A stretch of DNA of 64,000 nt, taken from assembly GCA_904063045.1 (NCBI GenBank), contig CAJFCJ010000011.1:451100-515099 (forward strand), in the 5' to 3' direction. The translations under genes and the position numbers were made by a program. The notes under the pieces were generated by a model. The model did no database searches. It was not told the origin of the DNA and saw only the letters and a program-made list of their open reading frames with translations. Below, in pieces: positions 36,074-47,129 of the stretch. Source of the stretch: Dimorphilus gyrociliatus. Lineage: Eukaryota > Animalia > Annelida. Every line of letters begins with the position of its first letter. Position 1 is the first letter of the stretch.

Positions 36074-36590
36074 TCAATAATAGAAAAGTAGAAAAATAAT
36101 AAAAACTATGGCTTTGATAAAAAAAGTAAAACAGATTTTGGACGTTTTGTTACATAATGTTTCCGGGCAATAACAAACTTCGGTGTTATTAGTCTGAGTG
36201 CAATGTCCTTTGAGCAATGTATAATTGGTTGGTAGGCAGTCTCTCTTAATAAATATTCCTGAAAAATTAAAGAAAGTGATAATAAATTACTGGAAAGAAA
36301 AGGGAATTCAAATTGCTGTAAGAGTATTGTTATCTTTAAGAATTATCGTAATGTAAACCTCTGTGAGTTTGACCCACTTAAAGAAATAACTTGTAAACCG
36401 ATCGCTAAAATGAATAATGACCTTTCGGTGTCTTTGTTTTTTCCTTTGAACATAGTCCAAATGATTCATGTTGGCAAATATGTTTATCTTTTGAAAAAGT
36501 TTCTGAATTATCTTTGAAAGGTTCCGTGCACCATTCGTCTATTGTAGAATCGCACTTCCAACATCTTCCAGCAGCTGAAAAAGAATTTTG
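36074..36590 (-). CDS. Ly6/uPAR (three-finger, LU-domain) protein, GPI-anchor-type C-terminus; domain exons only, signal-peptide exon not identified
   Basis: Exon AAGRCWKCDSTIDEWCTEPFKDNSETFSKDKHICQHESFGLCSKEKTKTPK, phase-1 donor G|GTCATT, acceptor aatttttcag, exon IFIKRDCLPTNYTLLKGHCTQTNNTEVCYCPETLCNKTSKICFTFFIKAIVFIIFLLFYY*. That gives 10 Cys in the Ly6 order (CxxC...C...C...C / C...C...CxC...CN) plus a hydrophobic tail. Confidence 0.55.
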
Positions 36591-37088
36591 CATCTCAACG
36601 AACTTTTTAGTTTATAACGTAAATTAAGACTTTTTATTTCAGGTTTCCCAAGTCGTAAAAACCGCAATCCATCACAGTATGGTGTTGAGCAACGACACAA
36701 CGTGTAATTATGTCTGAACAGGCAGTTGTCATTCGGAACTACGTCTCCCTCCCGTCTACACCTTCTAGCCAGATAGTAAGTTCCTGTAAATAAAATTGCA
36801 ATTAAATTGACAATATGAAATAATTTCCTTACCACTTTCTTTCAATTCCTCAACAATACATGAAGAATCTGTTTCGCCTTTGCAAATACTCACACCAGCG
36901 GATAGTGAATATTGACTACTATATTTTGAGTGTCTATTAAGGTATTTACACCAGTTTCCTTCACTCGTCGTTTTACACGACAAACACTTTAAATCTGATG
37001 AGATAAGAGAGATAATAAAAAGAGACTGAATTAAAATTTTATACTTTAAATTTGACTGTTTTCTTACTTTTACTCTTAAGTTTTGCAT
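36539..37088 (-). CDS. Ly6/uPAR protein with contiguous signal peptide; 2 exons
   Basis: MQNLRVKVRKQSNLKYKILIQSLFIISLISS (signal) DLKCLSCKTTSEGNWCKYLNRHSKYSSQYSLSAGVSICKGETDSSCIVEELKES, phase-1 GTAAGG donor, 48-bp intron, tttacag, GTYYLARRCRREGDVVPNDNCLFRHNYTLCRCSTPYCDG... The C-terminal tail is only weakly hydrophobic. Confidence 0.5.
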
Positions 37089-37426
37089 CGGATGCCAACT
37101 CAAGACACTTCTCATATAAGCACGAACATTGAATTCCTAAATTACTTATTTCGCAATGATAATTTAGGTAAATACGAGATCTTAAGCAATTCCATCGAGT
37201 GTAAAAGCGTTCTTTATAAAGAAAAAAATAATGAAATAGGAAAAATAGAATGATTTTCTTATAAAACCAATACGCTGAATAATACTTATGCATACTATGT
37301 ACAGAATTCCACATTTGAATTATGCTGCAGGATCCAAACCTTCCCACATCACATATTTGTTGCCTCAGCCTTAGATTTCTTACACCGCATTCTGAATTAT
37401 TTCTTTCAGAGCACTTTGGACATGCT
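37039..37426 (-). CDS. Ly6/uPAR domain exon set lacking its own start codon; begins 45 bp downstream of the stop of the upstream Ly6 gene with a phase-1 acceptor (possible alternative 3' exon set sharing the 37972 signal exon)
   Basis: Acceptor ttaattgtag, then (A)CPKCSERNNSECGVRNLRLRQQICDVGRFGSCS...; putative 84-nt in-frame intron (GTATGC...tttataaag); then RFYTRWNCLRSRIYLNYHCEISNLGIQCSCLYEKCLE... 10 Cys in total. There is no in-frame ATG upstream before a stop. Confidence 0.4.
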
Positions 37427-37467
37427 ACAATTAAAGAAAGCTTACAATAAAGGACCTATTCAATTAA

Positions 37468-37972
37468 TTATTTACTTTCTGCTTTGTTGGTCCTTAATCG
37501 ATTCTTCATATCTGGTAGTAAATTACAATAGTTATAGTCACAAAAGCAGGTGATGACTCCTATTCGACGTACACAATTATTGTTTAAATGATAAAAGTTA
37601 CGACCGCATCCTCTCTCAATCACAATGGCATCTTATTTAGAAACAAAAAATATTTCAAAATTATATTAAAATGTATGCTAATTAAATAAAATTAATTAAT
37701 TACCTCCTTCCATTTTTTCAATAGTGTAACAGCCTTCTTCATATGCTGCTTCACAGGTGAAATTACTTCGCGCTTCAGCCTTTACGTGTTTATTAATGTT
37801 TCTACAAATTTCAGGAAATCCATTACAAAGCCAGCATTTTAGTCCTGAAATTTATTAACATAATGCAACTTTAAACAGTTTTGAAAAACTTTTCTCTCTT
37901 TTTTTTTACCTAAATTAAAAATAAAAAGGGAAAAGTAAACAGTCATAAATAAGTATTCCTCTCTTCTAGCCA
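37468..37972 (-). CDS. Ly6/uPAR protein, complete: signal-peptide exon + 2 domain exons
   Basis: MARREEYLFMTVYFSLFIFNL | (phase 1, GTAAAA ... aatttcag) GLKCWLCNGFPEICRNINKHVKAEARSNFTCEAAYEEGCYTIEKMEG | (GTAATT ... tctaaataag) DAIVIERGCGRNFYHLNNNCVRRIGVITCFCDYNYCNLLPDMKNRLRTNKAESK*. 10 Cys, ending CFCDYNYCN, the canonical CCxxxxCN. Confidence 0.65.
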
Positions 37973-39059
37973 TTGTTTTCTTGTTAACTTTTAAAGTCCG
38001 AGCAGTACCGAATGTGAAAACATGAAAAACATGGAGAAGCCTATTGCTATAGGCCAAAATATTACAGTTTTATATCAAATTACACAATCGGAAATTATAT
38101 ATACAATAGGGAAACCAAAAGAAGAGAAAGAAGACAAAATTCAAGAGAAACGTTCTTTACGAAAGAGTTTTTAATTCTGGAAATATTTTTAAATGATAAG
38201 GTACAAACAGATGCAATTGTTAAGTGAAATGTATGAATGCTGCTTCCAGAGATGATTAAATTTAAAAAAAATGTAGAAATTATAGACAAATAGTTTCTTT
38301 TCAACAAAGTAAATTATCACAGCGCTAAAAAAGATAATTAAAAAACTAGGATATAAATCATAATAATTGAATTCAAGGAAATAAGATATAAAGATATCTA
38401 TATTTCTAAAAGTAAGAAACATAGAAAAGTAAATAGAAAACCAAACAATTAACAAGAAAATAACCATACACTATCGGTTTTTTTATATTAAAACAATATT
38501 TAAAAAAAAATTTTCCTTTTTAATTATAAGAAAAAACTAGCTTTAAACTATTTTTACACATTGTATTAAATAGAAATACAATTGTAATTATATCTTGTTT
38601 GAGAATTGAAAATTTCATAAATAATAGAATACTTCATACTGACAAGCACTCTTGTAAATTTAAAATAATTGATCATTGATACATAAAACTATAGATTTTA
38701 TTTATTTAGCTGTACATACGAATTTTATACTTTCTTTAGTAATACATACCATTTATGTACACAGTATATAGATTGTATATTTTTGTTATTCAATTCTCCT
38801 TAAGAGAAAATAGACACTTTTAATAATTTTATATAAGATGATTATTTAATAGAATGGTTTTGTTTCCCTCCTTTTCATATCATTACGGTAATTTGATCCT
38901 AAACTCCAGATTCCTTTCGCTTTTTATATACATTGAAATATATTATCACGCTAATTTTAATAAAGTATGACGCAGATTGAAAATTTAGTAATGAACAAAG
39001 CTTTTTCTATAAAGTATATAATCATTTCATTTCGTCATATGAAACAATCCGATTGTAAG

Positions 39060-39067
39060 TATAAATA
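39060..39067 (+). promoter_or_regulatory. Putative TATA box (GTATAAATA) ~36 bp upstream of the GPCR-2 ATG
   Basis: Same 9-mer as upstream of GPCR-1. Confidence 0.35.
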
Positions 39068-39102
39068 TTTTTCTCCAGCTTTAATGAACTTTATACATAC
39101 CT

Positions 39103-40225
39103 ATGTATACTTTGAACAGAGATAAAATAATAATGGAGAAAGTTTCCAATAGTAGTGAAACTATCTTTCCCCTATATAGTAACATTATAGCTGATGTTTA
39201 TGGTATAGCCGTCATTTTTTGCTTGGGTTCTTTGGGAAATTTCCTTACAATTATAATTCTCCTTCACAAAAGAATATTTCATTTGTCAACAAATATTTTC
39301 ATCTTTAATTTGGCTCTAGCTGATGGTTTTATATGCTTAATTAATGTTTTTCATACTATAGCTTACTATTATTCTGCCATTCATATTCAAATTTGCACCG
39401 TTTATACTGTTGTATTTATATCTTGTGCAAATATTTCACAGTATAGTTTAGCTTTAATTGCAATAAATAGATATTTTTTTGTATTAAAAACCCAAGAAAA
39501 GTATGAAAGTTTATTTTCCTGTAAGCTTTGCTGGGTGTGGTGTATTTCTTTATGGTTTCTGTCTTGGTGCATTGGTCTTTCAACTCTATTTCTCGCATAT
39601 TTTAATTTTGATCGTAAGTCTCATTCTTGTAAAGTGAAAAATTATTCCGAAATGAAAACATTTCTTCTTATTAATTCTGTCTGTTGTTTCGTAGTAAATG
39701 TTCTATTAATAGGTATTTTCTATTTAAAAATATATAATGGGATAAGAAAATCTAGAACCAGAGTTATGTCTCTTGCAAATACACTACAAATCGTATCCTC
39801 ATTAACTTCTCAGAAAGGTAAATTAGTAAATAGATTTTTATAAATGATCTATATTTAATAAGGAAGTATACTGCAGCTATAAATCAGATGAAAAGTAATG
39901 ACAGTATAACTATGAAGAAGAGAAGATCAGCGATAAAAGAGATTAATCAATTTTTTTTAATATGGTTTTTATATGTATTGTTTATATTACCAATTATAAT
40001 TGATGTTATACTGAGACGGACTAGTACTGTACCCTACATTTACGATCGGTTTGATCTTTTTCATTAAACTATTGACTGCTGTTCAAGTTATTATTTTGCA
40101 GTGTAAGCTATAACTTACTTCGAACGAACTCTACCGTGAATATAATGATATATGTCTGGAATAATAAACAGCTTAGAAAAATCATGAAAGAGCTTTTTTT
40201 TAATAAGGTATGCAAAGCTATTTAA
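39103..40225 (+). CDS. Orphan rhodopsin-like GPCR, paralog 2; 3 exons (39103-39817, 39877-40048, 40102-40225)
   Basis: IIADVYGIAVIFCLGSLGNFLTIIILLH / NLALADGF / INRY / ...LIWFLYVLFILPIIIDVILRRTSTVPYIYDR / RVSYNLLRTNSTVNIMIYVW aligns along its length with GPCR-1 (4789). Intron phases are identical (1, 2), donors G|GTAAAT and CG|GTTTGA, acceptors ctgcag and ttttgcag. Confidence 0.8.
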
Positions 40226-40277
40226 AATCTATACTGTTTGTTTATTCAAATATATAATTTGTTTTCATATAAATAAA

Positions 40278-40799
40278 TCAAATAAGAAATTTATTTAATA
40301 ATAAATAGATTAAGCTTGAATTCAAAATCCAAAATAGATCTAACTTTCCCTGACACTTTGCTCCGGCACCGTTGCCAGGTATTGAATCGTGATCCAGTCT
40401 ATATTCCTCTTTTATTCTTGTATAATTTGCCACCCTTTCAAGAAATCCCTCTTTTCCATTACAAAAATTACCAAGACAATAACAATGGTGAGAAGAGCCA
40501 TCATTGAAACAGTTCTCCGTAACAAAAGTGGTGTCAGTATAACAAAGTCTATTAATTACCGCTGTTCCTAAGGAATATTTATAAATAAGCAAATTTTTCA
40601 TCCATTATGTACTTAAAAAATTAATTACCATTTCTAGTATTATTCTGATTAACAGTAGTAAGACAGGATCCTGAGGATATATCCACTTGGCACGTGTAAT
40701 TGGCCATCAAAACATCACTCGGTTCAATTTGCAAGTCTTTACACCAGCTTTGATCCTTAGAATTGCATTTTAAGCATTGTATTGCTGAAATTATGCCTT
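40278..40799 (-). CDS. Ly6/uPAR protein domain exons with GPI-signal-like tail; signal exon possibly shared with the gene at 40816-41467
   Basis: Acceptor atttttttacag, then (E)GIISAIQCLKCNSKDQSWCKDLQIEPSDVLMANYTCQVDISSGSCLTTVNQNNTRNG, then acceptor ccttag, then GTAVINRLCYTDTTFVTENCFNDGSSHHCYCLGNFCNGKEGF...AKCQGKLDLFWILNSSLIYLLLNKFLI*. Confidence 0.5.
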
Positions 40800-40815
40800 C
40801 TGTAAAAAAATAATG

Positions 40816-41467
40816 TTAAATATATTTCATATATATACTGTTTAATTGTCTTTTTCGATGTCTAGCCAGCGGAAGTAGATCACAATAATTGGAAGAGCAA
40901 ATACATGATTTGAAAGAATTTTGAATTACACAATTGTCTTTTAAATCTAAGATTTGTAAAGATTCGCAAGTTCTTCTAACATGATAGTAACCTGGTAGAA
41001 CGATAAAATATATCATAAAGTTTAATGAGAAATCTTTCTAGGTAATATACTTACTGTAAGTCGCAATTTCATACGAAACGCATTGTTCATAAGTATCAGC
41101 TTCACAAGTACTCTCTGCCAGTTCCGTTTCATTTAATTTTCTATCTAAATTACTACACCAACTGTTCCTGGAGTGAGATTGACAACTCCAACATTTTAGA
41201 GCTGAATTAGCACAAAAGATTTCATATTTTAAGATGATTATATATCAAACTAATAATATTTGCATTCGAAAGGGTAAGGAAACAAAGTACCTAAATATTA
41301 ATGAGGTTGTCTGTTATATAAATAATAACAAATATATATATATATAATATACTGCATACATATTACAGTATATACATGTAAAAAAATCCTACATTAAACG
41401 ATAATTATATCCTACCTGATGTAACACTACAAGTAATTGAGAAAATGTATAACGTGAGAATCTTCAT
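40816..41467 (-). CDS. Ly6/uPAR protein, complete: signal exon + 2 domain exons
   Basis: MKILTLYIFSITCSVTS | (phase-1 GTAGG donor) (A)LKCWSCQSHSRNSWCSNLDRKLNETELAESTCEADTYEQCVSYEIATY | (GTAAGT) ...YYHVRRTCESLQILDLKDNCVIQNSFKSCICSSNYCDLLPLARHRKRQLNSIYMKYI*. Confidence 0.6.
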
Positions 41468-42085
41468 GATTAACAAACTAGATTTAAACTAAAGTTTAGT
41501 AATTCATCTCTGGTGGAAGAAAAATGATCTGGAAGAATGCAACCAACCTGCGAACTTTTTATGGATAGGCTAAAATCAAAGGAAGAGCTTGATATACCAA
41601 AAAAAATCTACATTTTTCAGTATTCACATATGCGGTATAACAAGCTAAAGAAAACAAAATTGTTATGCAAAAAAAAATATTAGAAAGCTAGCTCCCTCTC
41701 TTTCTCTTTATTCCTTCCTAACAGAGAGATAAAAATCGGTTTTCGTCTTTGTTTCCTTAATATTTAGAAAACAAATAGAACACCACTTTATAAAATATTG
41801 GCCTAAGTTTTTACCATATGATCAACCATTCTCTTCCAGATTTAACATCGTCTCTCAATAGAATCATACAGAAAAATGAACTTTGGAAAGAAAAATTGAA
41901 TGTCTTCATTCTGTGTGTTAATAGAGACAATAACACGGCTATTATGCTTTATTACGTGTTTTAATTATTTCAGTATTATAGGCAAAAATTAATAGGCTCA
42001 TAAGAATAAATATAGCTATCAATACTTTTCAGATACCTGAAGAAGTAATCATAAAAAAGGAATTTGCGCTTTTTATTTATCGATT

Positions 42086-42430
42086 CTAGAAAGAAATGAC
42101 TAAAAAATTGAGGTAAAGAAAGGTAGAGAAATTATTTTGCAGGTGAAATTCAATCTTAATAATAAAGGTGTTTAATTGATACTGATAAGTTTGTTTATTG
42201 TGTCTCTTTCTATGGTTTTTCCCTACTTTACTATAAGATAAAAATACATTTCTTTCGTTTTCCTCATCTAATCTATTACAAGTGTTAGATGAACAGTAAC
42301 AAGTAGCAGTATTCTTTTCAGTTTCATAGAATTTTTTGGCAGTAGGTGAAGGATCCTTGATTGAGGTCATATGAACAATTACTTACCATTTCCCGAGCAC
42401 ATGTAGACGAATAAAGATAAGGGCAATAAA
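42086..42430 (-). CDS. Ly6/uPAR-like protein fragment (C-terminal domain exon with CYCSSNTCN motif and hydrophobic tail; upstream Cys-rich exon CKQFYCPYLYSSTCAREM + GTAAGT)
   Basis: ...TATCYCSSNTCNRLDEENERNVFLSYSKV...STFLYLNFLVISF*. Exon linkage is not fully resolved. Confidence 0.4.
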
Positions 42431-44018
42431 ATTGCTTACATCTTTATATTTTAAAGCAACAAAGGAAAATAAGTACTTTATATAGAGCAATTACAATATA
42501 TTTTAAGCAATATTTCATCGTAAAACAAAAGGGTATACTTCTTTCTAGATCGACACAAATAAGTTGATACAAACTTTCTTATATATTATTTATTGAAGTT
42601 TGAAAACAACGAAACAACCAATTAGAATGTGTTTTAACTCAATTAAAAAATACTTTATTAAAAAATTTATTCTACTTTTAAAAGAATTCATAAAGCAATT
42701 AGGAAAATATTTCCAAGCCCTGCAAAGTGAATGGTTTTTTTTTTAAAAAAAAATAAAGTTGAAGATATATAGTATATTATAAATATGTTACTCTTAAGTT
42801 CATATCTTAGATGTCTATTCAGCATTACATTTATAAACATTATATTTTTATTTTTCTAAAAATGAGTTTCCATGTAAAAAATACATTACTGATTAATAGA
42901 AGAATATTATTATACATATAGCTTACAATATCTTTATAAAAAGTTTTGAACTTGTTTTTCAGACTAATTAGCACGTAAGGCGTTTCCATTTCATGCTTAT
43001 AACATTTCTTTCTATTACAATAAAACTTTGCCGCACTTCAATAAATATATGCTAGCTATATCTTTTCTTAATCTTAGATTTGTAGACTGAACCAGTTTCT
43101 ATCCGTATAATTTGCGTTAAGCGTATCAAGATATTGATTAATGACAATAGAAAGTACTTTCCTATTGTTTTTCTCTTACCTTCGACATATATTGCTAATT
43201 TTTAAATGAACAATCATAATCTCATTGAAGATATCAAACTATCCTTGGAATATTTACTAATTATATAACGCCATCTATTGCAATATATACTAATAGATAT
43301 ATTAGTATATAAATTTATACAATATACTGTAAATTAGTATATTTAATCAGAGTATGCTTTAATTTGGAACAAATTCAGTATATTTTTTAATGTTTTGACA
43401 AAACTAAAGACAAAGCATTTAAACTTTATTACTGATAGTGAAAGCTTGTTAAAACTAACATACACTTGATGAAAAGAGAAGAATTTCATAGTACAGTAAA
43501 TACACTAAGTGAATCCTAACTCTTCAAGAAGACTTTGGGGTTCTTCGCCTTCCTGTTATCAATAAAAAACAAAGCAATAGTAAAAGGAAATTAACAATAT
43601 ATATATATATATATAATACATTAAGTTTGTTTATTTGTACAGAGTAATATACATTATACATTCAATGTATATTAGTATCATTTGCTGTTATACTATAATT
43701 TCTGTGCGTATGAATCTTGAGGACAAACATGCTTTATATTACAAAACGATTGTAAATCTTTTCTTATCGTGGTAGCAGTTAGTTACATAGTAATGAATAT
43801 GTTAAAAGGGAATTAGTTTACATAACCAAAGATTAAAGAGATTAGTTTTCTTTCCCTTTTTTTTTAAACCTGAATTATAAATCCCAAAATATCCGGTTGA
43901 TACTTCTCTCTGTTGACATAGTTTTAATAAAATACTGTAAATATTTAGATACTCTTTTTCCCTAGATTTTGCAATGCCGAGTGATTTCCTATATATTTCC
44001 TACTCAATAAATAAAGAT

Positions 44019-44670
44019 CAACAAACTTCTTGCAAAGCATCTCCGGACGCAACGGCTCTAAGAACGTTCCGTTTAGAACTCTCCTGCACTTCACCTCCTA
44101 AGAGGAATTCATCCAAAATATAATAGGCTTTCTCGAAATTAAAGATAATATCTAGTTCACAAACCTGAAATAAGATACAATAAATAGCTTAATCCTGATT
44201 AATATAAATATATACAGTATACATATATTAGTATATAATGCATATACTGTATATCATAAGTAAAAGTAAAAGGTACAGTGATTATGAATAAAGTACAACT
44301 AAGTATATAGTAGATCACACAAAGATATTACTTACGTTCCCGAAATACTTATCTAAAAGTTCAACGTATCGATGAATTAATTCAAGTATCATTAACTCAT
44401 TATCATTCTTTTCGACACAACAGCAGAAATACAAGCTGGCGTACCTGTAAAATTTATTCATTAATTTCTTCATGGTTCACTCAACAAATAAATGGCAAAC
44501 CTTTTATAAATAACTTTCATGTCCTTCCATTCGATGAAATTACACATTTTTGGCTTTCTTGCAACGACGCTTGTTATTAATTCTCTTATAAATTTCTTCT
44601 TAGTCTTCTCCGGATGAGCAACAAACCATTTTTGTAATCTCAGTTTACCTTGACGGCTGAATAATAGCAT
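44019..44670 (-). CDS. AP1S: AP-1 adaptor complex sigma subunit (clathrin adaptor small chain); 3 exons
   Basis: [57 protein letters not shown] | (GTTTGC) [35 protein letters not shown] | (GTAAGT) [48 protein letters not shown], near-identical to human AP1S1 throughout. Confidence 0.85.
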
Positions 44671-46121
44671 GAAATGAATCTGTTGGGACAAATTATAACC
44701 TATTGACTTGGACGAAACTTTCTTTCTACAAACATTAGCTAAATGACAATAGAAAATTATATAACAAACCATTTTTGTTGTTCAGATTTTCTTATTCTTC
44801 GAGTTATGATCTGCTGTTTAAATTTAGTCCAATTTCTAATACGAAGTCAACCAGTTCAGATAAAAAAGCAGTGAAAACTGGGAGAAGTTTATATTATCTA
44901 GTTACGTTTTAATAGTTAAGGTAGATAAAGCAAAACGTCGAATAGTCACATGATTGTTTATTATTCTCCTATTGGCTAGGTAGGTCGTAATATATGTTTA
45001 TAGCTTGAATAGCGATAAAGCGGATAAGATTTATTAGAATCTTATTAAATATATTATGAGCTATTTAGAAATCAATAAGAATCAAGAGAAGACTTATAGG
45101 TGGTTTTATATTAAGTATTACTAACTTAATGACCACATTGTAACAAAATATAGGTTCTAAGCTAATTGAATAATAACTTTTTATTAAATAACACTCCTTC
45201 TATCAAAAAGCTTTTATATATTTCTATAAAGTAAATACACTTTTCTACATTCTACTATTTTCTCATGAAAAAAATGTTGTCTGACAGTTTCACTCCATCA
45301 ATAGTCAAACTGAAGCTATTCAATGTCAAAACTATATCTAAATTATTATTTAGTATATTTCTATATATTTTAATGTAATTAATAATTTATAAACAAATAA
45401 TACAGCTGACATTGATTACTGTTAAAGATTAATTGTTATAATAACTTAACTATTTATACTACTCTCATTCAATATTAACCATATCCTTTAAAAGAAAAAT
45501 ACAATATAGAATAATAGAATGTTTAGCTAAGCGTCATATATTATCTCTTCATTTTTAATATCCCCATTATGAGATTATATTAAATTTTCCCTCATCATCC
45601 TCTTCGCGGACTCATATTATATTGAAATAGCGATTAAATGGAAAAGTTAATTTATACATATTTAATTTTATATTTCTATTACAATTATTTTTAATTATTT
45701 TATATAATCTAATTTACCTTTACTTCATTTATTACTATATTTAGAAAACATAAAAATGTATTAGACTCCTCCAGATTGCTCTATTTGAAATAAATTAAGT
45801 CTAGAATGTTTGTAAAAAGTACAATCATTGTAAATTGCCATTTTAGATTATGTTTAAAAATATGAATTACTCTTTTAGAAGCTTTACTTGATGTCTTTTC
45901 AAGGAAAATAGGTCATGTAAACAGATATGTAAATAGAGTTAGTGCATCCAGTCTCTTAACCGACTTCTTGAAGTTAATAATATTCATTAGGTTCGTGTCG
46001 TTTCCCACATTTTACGCATCAGAACATGGTATTACATGTCACGGAGAGCATTTAATTAACCTCATTTATCTCCATCTTATGCGTCACCTGGTGCTCAGTT
46101 CTCATATTTTCTTAAAACGCA

Positions 46122-46841
46122 ATGGGAGGCTGTTCATCTATTTCCTGTATAGATAGTCTTCTATTTCAGAATAACAATTCACTGACACCTATGTCGCCAA
46201 ATAGACTGGCTAGAGCAAGAAGAAGAGCATCTCAAGCTCCTCCTTCGTTTTCATCTCTGCCTCTCAATGAGAGAGAGGTTATAAAGATGGCTCGGACGTG
46301 GAGAACAATTCAGAGGCAAATGACTAGAGCAGGAAAGCTCATGTTCATACGAATGTTTGAATCGAGTGATGCTGTTCGTTCAACTTTCGAGCAGTTTCGA
46401 TCTGTGGATCAAGTTTCTGATTTGTGGACTAGCAAATCATTAGAGAATCATGCCATGATTGTTATGAATGCCTTAGATGAGGCATTTAGTAATTTGGAGG
46501 ACGAAGAATATGTTGTCGATTTATTACTTATTAATGGTCTATCTCATAGAAGATTCGTTAGTATGACGGCAGCTGTATTTTGGGTAAGTAAAAAGATAAT
46601 CCCATTCAACGTTCTTTCAAGTCTCTCTAATTAGAATTACTCTTTTCTCGTAAAAAAAAAGTCAGTTGAAGAACCTTTTCTATTAGCGATAAAAGAGATT
46701 CTCGAAGATAAGTATACCGCATCTACCGAAGCCTTATTTCGCAAGACAATAAAGTGGGTGCTTGAGATATTAATATTTGGTTTTGAAAGTTCAAATGCTG
46801 AAAGATTTGTCAATAAAAAGGATGAAATTAACTTCATGTAA
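46122..46841 (+). CDS. Globin with N-terminal acylation motif (globin X / nematode-type membrane-tethered globin-like); 2 exons (46122-46583, 46662-46841)
   Basis: MGGCSS... (Gly2 myristoylation consensus MGxxxS plus adjacent Cys), ~45-aa extension, then globin fold: REVIKMARTWRTIQRQMTRAGKLMFIRMFE (A/B helices), ENHAMIVMNALDEAF (distal His), GLSHRRF (proximal His). GTAAGT donor after ...AVFW. Exon 2 SVEEPFLLAIKEILEDKYTASTEALFRKTIKWVLEILIFGF (G/H helices). Confidence 0.65.
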
Positions 46842-47129
46842 GTTTTTACTACTCTGTATCACAAGTAAGTGAAAAATAATAATTAAATAGGGTTGTTGAA
46901 GGAGACGAAACTTGAGAGGAAGTCTGTCGATCCTGTACAAAGTTTTACTAGAACTAGAATTCTAAAATTCAGGCTGAAGATGCAGAAATTTTTTAAACTT
47001 GAGTTTATACTTAAAAAACAGAACTGCTTATTTTACAAAATTTTGCTTCATAAATAATGTTACATCCGTACAGTTTGTAAACTAAATGTGTATAAAAAGA
47101 CTACGTATCTTAAATATAAAATATGTTCT

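Noticed and set aside
37200-37330. Apparent 45-aa insertion (IIQMWNSVHSMHKYYSAYWFYKKIILFFLF...) inside a Ly6 domain ORF
   Set aside because: Better explained as an 84-nt intron whose length is a multiple of 3 (GTATGC...tttataaag) read through by the ORF finder. Removing it restores the canonical Cys spacing.
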